Below are positions 8,336 through 16,445 of a stretch of 64,000 nt of DNA, piece after piece; positions within the stretch are counted from its first letter, which is position 1; each line of letters starts with the position of its first letter. The notes beneath the pieces were generated by a model. That model was not told where the DNA came from. It searched no databases and worked only from the letters and a program-made list of their open reading frames with translations. This DNA is from an uncultured cyanobacterium (GTDB taxonomy: Bacteria; Cyanobacteriota; Cyanobacteriia; PCC-6307; Cyanobiaceae): positions 224,001 to 288,000 of the forward strand of contig CAVXWZ010000008.1 in assembly GCA_963765575.1 (NCBI GenBank), read 5' to 3'. Made by a program: the position numbers and the translations under genes.

Positions 8336-9495
8336 GCCGGGGCCCGTTGGCTGGCGCCGAGCTCGGGGAAGGCGCGCACCACCATCTGCACCAGCCGCTC
8401 GGCTGGACGGCTGAGGGCATCGCTCACCGGAATGCCCAGCTCCGCCTGATAGAGGGCGATGGCGGTGGAGAGCTCGTCGTCGTCCATGCCCTCGTGGTTG
8501 ATCGTGAGGCCGATCACCCGCGTGGGCGCGAAGGCCTCGATCAGCTTGATTTCGCTGGCCGGGCTGGGCATGGCCACCGCGGGAATGTCGCAGAGGCGCT
8601 GGCGTTTCGGGGCGTGCTGCAGGATCACCGCCTGGGGCTGGCCGCCCCGCAGGATGAAGGCGGAGGAGAGGTAGGCGGGATGGCTGAGGGCCCCCTGGCC
8701 CTCGATCACGATCACTTCGGGGCGCTCGCTCTCGTAGGCCTCCACCACGGCGGCCTCCACCTCACCCGAGCAGAACTGTGACGGGATCGCGTCGAGGGCC
8801 ATGCCGTAGCGGCCCCCCTGGATCAACCCCGTCTGGCCCGTGCTCACCAGCAGGGAGGGGATGCCGTGGTCGTTGAGCGCCTTCACCAGCAGGGTGGCGG
8901 TGGTGCGTTTGCCGATGGCGCCGTCGGTGCCGAGCACGGCGATGCGACGGCAGTGGGCCCGGGCGATCGAGCCGTCGAACAGCCGCAGATCCTTGAGGGC
9001 CGGCGGCCGGCGCACGTCGCGAATGGATACGCCATGGCGCTGGGCGGCGGCCACGAACGCCGGGTCGTCGAGCAGAAACTCCCGCAGGCCGTTCACCAGG
9101 TTGAGGCCGGCGCCGATCGCCGCCAGCAACAGGCTGCGATCGGCTGGGCTGAATAAGCCGTCGGCCGGTGCCACGCCGTAGATCAGGGTCGTCAGCGTGG
9201 CTCCGCCGACGGCGAGGGCGGCCTTCAGGTTGGCCACGATCGGGATGCCGTTGGCTGTCCCATCGAGCACCAGCCCGGCATCCCGGCCAGCGCAGTGGCT
9301 GTCGATCACCGCAGTGATCTGGAAGGCCTCGCAGTGGCGCACCAGGCCATGGGCCGTCTTGCCGTCCAGGCCCTCAAATTGCCCTTCGCAATAGACCACA
9401 GCGGCCGGTCGCGGTGCCGGCGGCGGCAGCGCGGTGGCGCTGGGGTACAAACGCCAGGGCGCCTGCAGGCCGGGGGCCTGGGAAAGGGATGTCAA
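8332..9495 (-). CDS. DUF1611 family P-loop protein (DgcN-like)
   Basis: GKTAHGLVRH, VLGTDGAIGKRTT, STGQTG, IEGQGALSHPAY; TTG start with GAGGA SD; 4-nt overlap with racemase. Confidence 0.9.
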   Translation of the reverse strand: MTSLSQAPGLQAPWRLYPSATALPPPAPRPAAVVYCEGQFEGLDGKTAHGLVRHCEAFQITAVIDSHCAGRDAGLVLDGTANGIPIVANLKAALAVGGATLTTLIYGVAPADGLFSPADRSLLLAAIGAGLNLVNGLREFLLDDPAFVAAAQRHGVSIRDVRRPPALKDLRLFDGSIARAHCRRIAVLGTDGAIGKRTTATLLVKALNDHGIPSLLVSTGQTGLIQGGRYGMALDAIPSQFCSGEVEAAVVEAYESERPEVIVIEGQGALSHPAYLSSAFILRGGQPQAVILQHAPKRQRLCDIPAVAMPSPASEIKLIEAFAPTRVIGLTINHEGMDDDELSTAIALYQAELGIPVSDALSRPAERLVQMVVRAFPELGASQRAPA

Positions 9496-9599
9496 CGGAA
9501 GCCGTTCCTCGTCGGGAGCTCAGAGGAGGCGTCTGCGTGGCCTGCAACGGCTCCAAGCCGTGCGGGGGGACCAGAAGACTCAGCCAAGTTGGGTAACTG
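9496..9599 (-). promoter_or_regulatory. candidate structured 5' leader with SD-sequestering hairpin
   Basis: Three adjacent stems by manual pairing (9581-9599, 9531-9579, 9501-9530); last pairs UCCUC with GAGGA. Confidence 0.45.
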
Positions 9600-9606
9600 T
9601 TGTTAC
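9593..9606. promoter_or_regulatory. NtcA-type box overlapping putative -10 of DUF1611 operon
   Basis: GTA-ACTGTTGT-TAC, extended dyad GTAAC-N4-GTTAC; minus-strand TAGAGT at 9605-9610. Confidence 0.6.
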
Positions 9607-9677
9607 TCTACGGTGCCCTGAGAGCTGGTGGTGGGGCGGCCTCGATGGCCGGTTGCCTCGGCCGTGCGAGGCCGCAC

Positions 9678-10041
9678 TCAGGGCTCGAAGGGCAGGGTGA
9701 TCGGAGTGCCGACCCGGCCCCTGCAGACCACAACGATCTGCGCCGCTTCAGGGCCGAGGCTGGTGCCCTGGTGGGGTGTGTGGACCAGTTCGATCAGGGC
9801 ATCGCCCGCCTCCAGGGTGATGCTCTCGCCATTCAGGGAGTTCACCTGCAGTCGGCCCTGCAGCAGCACGCCCGCGTTCACCACGGGGTGAACATGGAGG
9901 GGCAGGGTGACGCCGGCGGGAACGGTGATCCGCAGAACGGTGACCTCGGGTTGCCCAGGGCCCGCGGCTGGGTGCTGGAACCAGCGCCATGGCGATGGCC
10001 GCGAGCAGCGCTCCTGCCTTGCGGACGACGGGATCAGGCAT
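9678..10041 (-). pseudogene. cupin domain protein with frameshifting internal deletion
   Basis: Signal-peptide frame (ATG 10041) out of frame with PGQPEVTVLRITVPAGVTLPLHVHPVVNAGVLLQG...ELVHTPH. Confidence 0.75.
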
Positions 10042-10248
10042 GGGGGAACGCCTCACGGGTCAGGGCCTGAACTGTTGGAGCAGGGTCTCGGTGCGCGCCA
10101 TCTCGCCGCCCATCACGACGGTGCTGTAGCCGCTGCCCGGGATCATCGGAGCAGCGGCAGGCGGCGATCTCTGCCCCTGAGCCATGTCTGAGGCTTGCTG
10201 CCTGGCCGACGGATCGGAGCAGATTGAGCGTCAGGGCCTCGGCCGGCA

Positions 10249-11889
10249 TCAACGGTCGCCATTGAGCCGCTGACTCAAGGCCTCCATGGCGTTGGCAACA
10301 GTCGCGAAATTGCCCATGCCAGACCGGAGACCGAATCGGCTCAGTTCCTTCTCGATGGCACTGGATGTGGTCACCAGTGCCGTGTGGATCCCGCGCTGGT
10401 GGAGCAGGTCGCGCAGTTCCAGCAAGGTCTTGGCCGCTGAGTCGTCCAGATCATCCACACCGGAGGCATCAATGACCAGTCCTCGGATCTGCTCGCCGGG
10501 CTGGCTGGTGAGACCCAGCACCTCCTGGGTGAAGCGGTTGGCATTGGCATCGAAGAGGTTGGCCTCGAAGCGGTAGGCCAGGATCCCGGGTGCGGCCAGG
10601 ATTCCTGGGCCAACCGGCACGGTGCGGAGGTCGGTGCCCTCGCTGTTGAGCGTCCACAGGTAGGTGCGGGGGCGGACGGTGTGTCGCACCTGTTCGATCA
10701 GCGAAAGCACCACGGCGAGCACGAATTCATTGCGCTGCAGGTGCCAGAGTTCGGCGAGGCCATGCCAGTCGATCAGCTGGATGCCGATCAGAAACACGAT
10801 CGTCGACAGCAGCGCCGCAGGCAGAAGCGCCAATGGTCGCGTGAAGAACAGCGGCACCAGCAGCACGACCATGGCCGCCGTGAGATGGGCGAGCTGGCTG
10901 CGACCGCCCGCGGCATCCACCATTTCTGTCTTGGTGGGACTGCCGTTCACCACGAACGTGCCGCTGAGCCCGGCCGCGAGGTTGGCGCCGGCCAGCCCCA
11001 GCAGATCCACATTGTCCAGATTCCTTTCGCGGTAGCGCTGGGCGTAGGCCCGGGTCGTGGCGGAGCTCTGGGCCAGGATCACCACGAAGCAGGACGCAGC
11101 GCTGATCAGCACCGCGTTCCACTGGGACGCGCCGACCGAAGGAATCGCCAGCTTGGGCAGTCCTCCGGGAACACTCCCCACCACATCCAAGCCCCTAGCG
11201 GAAAAATCCAGCAGCCAGCTCGCCAGGATCGAGCCGGCCACGGCAATCAGAGCACCCGGAAGCCGTCGGTTCAGGCGGAAGCAGACCACGATCACGCCCA
11301 CCACCCCCAAGGCCACCAGCAGGTGATCAAGGCGGCTTTGGCCGATCCGGGCCAGCGCACGACACCACCTGCTGTAGAGCACCGTTGCAATGCTTCTGCA
11401 GCCCGAGCAGGCCCGCCAGTTCCCCTGATGCCACCTGGATTCCGATTCCGGAAAGCAGGCCGATCAGGGCACTTCGAGATAAAAAATCCGCCAGGAATCC
11501 AAGCCGCAATCCAGCCGCTAGCACCAGCATCCCGCTAGCACCAGCATCACGGTGACAGCCAGGGCAACCGCCATCGTGAGGCTGAGGTAGGCCTGCGACC
11601 CTGGAACCGCCGCCCCCGACAGCGTGGCCACCAGGATGGCTGCGGTGGCGGAGTCGGCAGCCACCACCAGGTGCCGTGAGGCGCCGATGAAGGCAAAGGC
11701 CAGCATCGGCAGCAGCATCGTGTAGAGGCCCGTGGCCACCGGGGTCTGGGAGATGCGGGTGTATCCCATCACCTCGGGAATGGCCAGTGCTGCCAAGGTG
11801 AGACCGGCGACCACGTCGGTGCTCAGCTGGTCATGGCGCCGTGGCAGTAGTCCAGTCGCTCGTGGAACAAAGCGGTGCAGAAATGTCAA
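10249..11889 (-). pseudogene. SulP family anion transporter with STAS domain, frameshifted
   Basis: DVVAGLTLAALAIPEVMGY, GTFVVNGSPTKT, STAS LVIDASGVDDLD; three frames; 17-bp tandem duplication at 11515-11548. Confidence 0.88.
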
Positions 11890-11987
11890 CAGAACGGGGC
11901 AATCAAGGAATCTGAATCGGCTTCGCTGAGCTGGAATCTGATGGGCAGGTCGGTCTGCGTGATGGCCATCCCGGCGAATCTCGATGC

Positions 11988-12026
11988 TGCTTCACAAGGC
12001 CCCTTCATGAGGCTGCTTCATGAGGC
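11988..12026. repeat. three tandem 13-bp near-palindromic repeats
   Basis: TGCTTCACAAGGC / CCCTTCATGAGGC / TGCTTCATGAGGC. Confidence 0.7.
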
Positions 12027-12045
12027 CGCTTACCAGACACCGATC

Positions 12046-13534
12046 TCAGGCCCCGATCTCCAGCACTCCCATCATCCCCAGCTCCTCGTGATCGAGCACA
12101 TGGCAGTGGTAGACCGTGCGGCCGGGAAAATTGCGGAAGCGGGTGCGTAGCCGCACGCTTTCGCCCGGCCGCACCAGCACCACATCCTTCCAGGCGCGGT
12201 AGGGCTCGGGGCGTCCATCGCGGCTGATCACCTGGAAAGGATTGGTGTGGATGTGGAAGGGGTGGTCCATTACACCTGTGTTGCGCACCAGCCAGTCCTC
12301 GGTGTCGCCCAGGCGCACGCGGGTGTCGACGCGGTGGTGCTCATAGGCCTTGCCGTTGATCAGAAACACCATCCCCTGGCCAGGGGCATGCCTGGCCAGG
12401 GGCCATGCCGTGGTTGAGCACGAAGCGGCGGCTGATCGAGGGTTCCGGCAGGGGCTCCACAACGCCCAGCCGGCCGGGTAAGGGCACGGGTTCCACCGAT
12501 CCGGCGTAGCGCAGGGTGGCCAGAACAACGGGCGCGGCCGCTTCTGAGCTGGCGGCCCTGGCGGGAGCCTCGCTTCCCATCCCCATCCCCATCCCCCTGC
12601 CCATGCCCATACCCATGCCTCGTCCCATGCCCATGCCGCCCCTGGTGCGGCTGTAGGGCAGGTCCAGAAGTCGGTAGCTGCCGGGGGGCTGGTTGCCGCG
12701 CACGAGGACCTCGGCTCGCTCCCCCGGGGCCAGCAGCAGCTCCGGGAGCTGCACCGGTGCCTCCAGGGCGCCGCCGTCGCTGGCGATCAGGTGCAGGGCA
12801 TGACCCTCCAGGGCAAGCCGCCAGACGCGGGCATTGGAGGCGTTCAGCAGGCGCAGCCGCAGCAGCCCCCCGGCGGCCACGCTGAGGTTGGGGTTGCGTT
12901 GACCGTTGACTGTGAGCACGCTGCCCTCGCGGCCCAGCGCCCGGGCCATGCCGGCAGATCCCACTCCAGTGGCAGCGGCGAGGTCTTTGAGCACCAGCAG
13001 CTGCTCGGCAGCGGCGGCGACCTCCGGGATCCGATCCAGGGCTCCCCGCACCACGATGGCGCCGCCGAGGCCGCCGAACACCTGATCGCTGACGTTGCCG
13101 TGGTGGTGGGGGTGGTAGTAGAAGGTGCCGGCCGGGTGATCGTCGGGCAGGGTGAAGCGGTAGGTCTGCGACGCTCCCGGCGGCACGCTCAGAAACACGT
13201 TGTCGGCATTGCCGCTGGGGGAGATGTGCAGGCCGTGGAAGTGCAGGTTGGTGGCGGAGTCGAGGCGGTTGTGCAAGCGAATCTGCACCGCATCACCGGC
13301 TTCCAGCTCCAGTGGCGGGCCCGGCAGCTGGCCGTTGTAGGTGAGGCCGTGGCTGGGGCCGCCCGGAATCGAGAGCCTGGTGCGCTCGGCCACCAGATCG
13401 AGATCCAGGCCCCCGTTTCCGGCCGAGACGGGTGGTTGCTTGGCCGCTGTGGCGGTCTGGCGCGCGATCAGCGCCGATCCCACCGTTCCTCCGGCCAGCA
13501 CGAGGAAGGAGCGGCGGCTGAGCGGCTGGGCCAT
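12046..13534 (-). pseudogene. Tat-exported multicopper oxidase (CueO-like, Met-rich insert), frameshifted
   Basis: SRRSFL Tat motif, HFHG, YYHPHHH, GM-rich insert; HPFHIH and HCHVLDHEELGMM in second frame; 16-bp duplication near 12375-12407. Confidence 0.9.
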
Positions 13535-13600
13535 GGGGATCAGCCTCGGTGGTGAGGCCAGGGCTGGGTGGCGCCCGCTCTGGTCTGGCGGTCTGGCTTC

Positions 13601-13631
13601 AGGCTACGGACTCCCCTCGGGGGAGAGTCAA
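13601..13631 (-). promoter_or_regulatory. MerR-type promoter of multicopper oxidase
   Basis: TTGACT-19 bp-TAGCCT with dyad CTCCCC-CGA-GGGGAG in spacer. Confidence 0.8.
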
Positions 13632-13653
13632 GCCTGCGGGTGCGGGATGGGGC

Positions 13654-13684
13654 TTGACCCAAGCCGGGGTGGAAGGATCAAAAT
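13654..13684 (+). promoter_or_regulatory. possible MerR-type promoter of cytochrome b gene
   Basis: TTGACC-19 bp-CAAAAT; only right half-site (GGAAGG) conserved. Confidence 0.5.
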
Positions 13685-13702
13685 CAGAAGTTCCACCACC
13701 CC

Positions 13703-14434
13703 ATGTCCGCAAGAGCACAACCCCCAGTCCAACCGCTGATGTTGCGGGCACTGCACGGTGTCACCGGACTGCTGCTGATCGCAGCCCTGTTCACGGCCTA
13801 CTGGACGTATGACACCTACGACGGTCGCTTCGGGGGCCTACCACTGCCTGACGTTGCCGCCATGGAGGGAATTCATGGCACGTTTGGGCTGCTCACCTTG
13901 GTGGTGTTTCCAGCCTTCCTCATCTATGCCGTTCACCACGGACAGCAGCGGCTGATTCAGGTTGATGCTGCCTCTGCAAGACGACAGGTCCATCCCAGAA
14001 GGGGTACGCGTGCCTGGTGGTATGGACTGCACCGTGGGCTGAACACCTGGTCGCTGGTGGCCCTCACTTTTGCATTGTTCAGCGGCAAGATGATGAACGA
14101 AACCTGGCTGCCTCGGGGAGAACTGCATCATCTCTGGTACAGCTTGCACCTGATCTCCTGGCTGATCATGGTGTTGACAATGGTCTTCCACATCGGCATC
14201 AATGCCCGACTGGGTGGAGTGGCCTGGATGGGCTCGATCTGGAGCTGGCGCCTGGGCCCTGAGGATCACCCTGAGCGATGGCTCGCTGATCTTCGGCACG
14301 GGTGGGCTGGCCTGCGCCAGCGGCTCGAGAGCGGCGGCCTCCAGGCGAGGTTGATCACCTCCCCTCTGGTGGTGCTGGAATCCAGCCTGGTGACCAGCTT
14401 GCTCCTGGCCTGGTTGATTCCCCTCTGGCGTTGA
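13703..14434 (+). CDS. cytochrome b/b6 domain membrane protein
   Basis: Multiple TM helices with His at haem-ligand-like positions (RALHG, GIHGTFG, YSLHLI, VFHI). Confidence 0.82.
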   Translation: MSARAQPPVQPLMLRALHGVTGLLLIAALFTAYWTYDTYDGRFGGLPLPDVAAMEGIHGTFGLLTLVVFPAFLIYAVHHGQQRLIQVDAASARRQVHPRRGTRAWWYGLHRGLNTWSLVALTFALFSGKMMNETWLPRGELHHLWYSLHLISWLIMVLTMVFHIGINARLGGVAWMGSIWSWRLGPEDHPERWLADLRHGWAGLRQRLESGGLQARLITSPLVVLESSLVTSLLLAWLIPLWR

Positions 14435-14634
14435 TGGTGGCTGCTCTCAGTGGGTGATCGGAGACGGTTGCAGGGCTGGGCCATCGCCATGGCTCGCCCC
14501 GCGCCGTCCGCCTGGGGACCTCTTGGAACCTCCTTCTGCTCCCGCAGCCGAAAGCATGTCGAAGTGTGCACCGTCGCTGCAGGCGCAGGCTCTTCGCACA
14601 TGCTTGAAGGCTGTCTATCCCTGCACTCCCGCTG

Positions 14635-15120
14635 ATGCCCGTCTCCCAGAGCACGATCGACATTGTCAAGGCCACGGCGCCCGCCGTGAAGGAACACGGC
14701 GAGGCCATCACCAGCCGGATGTATGAGATCGCCTTTGCGGAGCGGCCCGATTACAAGCTGGGTTTTGAAACCACCTGGATGGTGGATGCCCATGGCAAGG
14801 GCCAGGCCCAGAAGCTGGCCGCCTCGGTGTATGCCTATGCCACCCACATCGATCGGCTGGACGAACTCGCGGCGGCTGTGGATCACATCGCCCACCGCCA
14901 TGTGGCCTGCAGGATCCTGCCGGAGCAATACCCCTTGATCGGCGCCAAGTTGCTGCAGGCGATGCGGGATGTGCTGGGGGAAGCGGCCACCGATGAGGTG
15001 ATCGCCGCCTGGACCGAGGCCTATGAAGCCCTGGCCGGCATCTTCATCGAGGCGGAGGCCCGGCTGTACCGCCAGAACGACGCGGCCCTGCAGGAGCGCC
15101 TCGCGGCACCACCGGCCTGA
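14635..15120 (+). CDS. single-domain globin (Vitreoscilla Hb / flavohaemoglobin globin family)
   Basis: TIDIVKATAPAVKEHGEAIT, GQAQKLA, IAHRHV, PEQYPLIG, DEVIAAWTEAY; no reductase domain. Confidence 0.92.
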   Translation: MPVSQSTIDIVKATAPAVKEHGEAITSRMYEIAFAERPDYKLGFETTWMVDAHGKGQAQKLAASVYAYATHIDRLDELAAAVDHIAHRHVACRILPEQYPLIGAKLLQAMRDVLGEAATDEVIAAWTEAYEALAGIFIEAEARLYRQNDAALQERLAAPPA

Positions 15121-15179
15121 CCGGCCCAGGCGCGGCAGGGCTCAGGTGGGCTAGTGGTGTTGAGCTTCGCTGAGGTGGT

Positions 15180-15554
15180 GTGATGCAGTTCCGGATCGGC
15201 GAAGCGTCCCGCCTGAGCCAGCTGCCTGTGAAGACCATTCGCTACTACTGCGACCAGGGATTGATTCAGCCCACCGAGAGAACGGAGGCGGGGTATCGGC
15301 TGTTCGACGCCCAGGCCCTGGAGGAGCTGGATCTGATCAAAAAGCTGCGCTCTCTGGACGTCAGCCTTGCTGACATTCAGCGCATCCTCGACGCCCGGCG
15401 CTCGGGTTTTTGCGCCTGCGACGACCTCAGGGCAACGCTGGTGCGCTACTCGGCCCTGATTGAGGAGCGCATCAGCTCCCTGCACACGATCAGGACTGAA
15501 CTCGATGCCCTGGCCAGCAGCTGGGAGCTCTGCGGCCGCCCCCAGCGCTCCTGA
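15180..15554 (+). CDS. MerR family heavy-metal-responsive regulator
   Basis: FRIGEASRLSQLPVKTIRYY, GYRLF; Cys in CAC and ELCG. Confidence 0.92.
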   Translation: MMQFRIGEASRLSQLPVKTIRYYCDQGLIQPTERTEAGYRLFDAQALEELDLIKKLRSLDVSLADIQRILDARRSGFCACDDLRATLVRYSALIEERISSLHTIRTELDALASSWELCGRPQRS

Positions 15555-15583
15555 ACTGCCCAGCACCGACCTGGCCCGCGGCC

Positions 15584-16352
15584 CTATCGCCCTGCCAGAG
15601 CCGGCCACGAGCACGGCCGCGCCCATGGCCACCATGATCAGATTCTCCGCGAAACTCACCACCCCCAGGGGCGTGCTGCTGTTGCCGCCCACGCAGGCGC
15701 AGTTGAGCGCCAGCTTGTCGATGTAGACCGCCTTGGTCACCGACACCATGCCCGCCAGACCCAGCAGCAGGGCCAGCAGGGCGGCCAGGGGCACCGGGGG
15801 GGTGATCAGGAAGCCCAGCCCAGCCAGCAGTTCCAGGCCGGGATAGAGCTGGGCGTACAGCGGCAGGCGCTGGCTGATCAGGTCGTACTTGAGAAAGCTG
15901 CTGGCGAAGGCCTCCACATCCATCAGCTTCAGCATCGCCAGCAGGCAGAGGGCGTAGCCCATGAAACCGCGCAGGCCGCCGCCCACCGCCAGACTCACCA
16001 GCAGGGCCGTGCCAAACACGGCGAGCACGGGCGTGTAGGACACGCTGGCGCCCTCCGGCCGCACCCCCAGGCGCGTCGCCAGGTCGGTGTAGCCACCGAT
16101 GCGCTCCGCGCCGGCGAAGATCTGGGGGGTGCTGGCCACGCCCTGCTCAGCCTTGAAGGCCTCGATGGCGGCGGGGCTGGTGAGGCGATGGTCGGCAAAC
16201 GGGATGCCGTGCTCCTGCAGCAGGCGGATTGTCTTCAGACCCCAGGGGCAGGGCTGCTCGGGCAGATCCATGCGGTAGAGCCGCACCTCGGAGAGCGCAG
16301 GCCGCGCCGTGGGGCTGGGCATGACAGGCGGCCGCTCGGCCCTTGGGGTCAT
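15584..16352 (-). CDS. glutaredoxin-MauE/DoxX family redox membrane protein (stop likely missed by 1-nt indel; raw ORF runs to 15021)
   Basis: CPWG, STPQIF, RIGGYTDL, LNCACVGG, SFAENLIM; TAG at 15584-15586 is one base out of frame after a G run. Confidence 0.85.
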
Positions 16353-16357
16353 CCTTC

Positions 16358-16424
16358 ACGCTATGGAGTCCAGTGGGGGGAGAGTCAAGGGCCTGGACTC
16401 TCCCCCCACTGGAGCCCATACGTT
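16358..16424. promoter_or_regulatory. back-to-back duplicated MerR-type promoters
   Basis: Minus TTGACT-19-TAGCGT (16388-16358); plus TGGACT-19-TACGTT (16394-16424); near-identical spacers. Confidence 0.85.
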
Positions 16425-16445
16425 GCCTTCAGACGCACCGTTGGC

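Noticed and set aside
10034..10252. Short minus-strand ORFs between SulP and the cupin
   Set aside because: No recognisable motif in any frame; probably another remnant but cannot be supported.
12575..12640. Repetitive CCCAT-type tract
   Set aside because: Encodes the Met/Gly-rich loop of the multicopper oxidase; not CRISPR or a noncoding repeat.
15021..15583. Apparent C-terminal extension of about 190 aa on Grx-MauE, overlapping merR and the globin end
   Set aside because: Removing one G at 15590-15592 brings TAG 15584-15586 into frame; the extension is just antisense merR.
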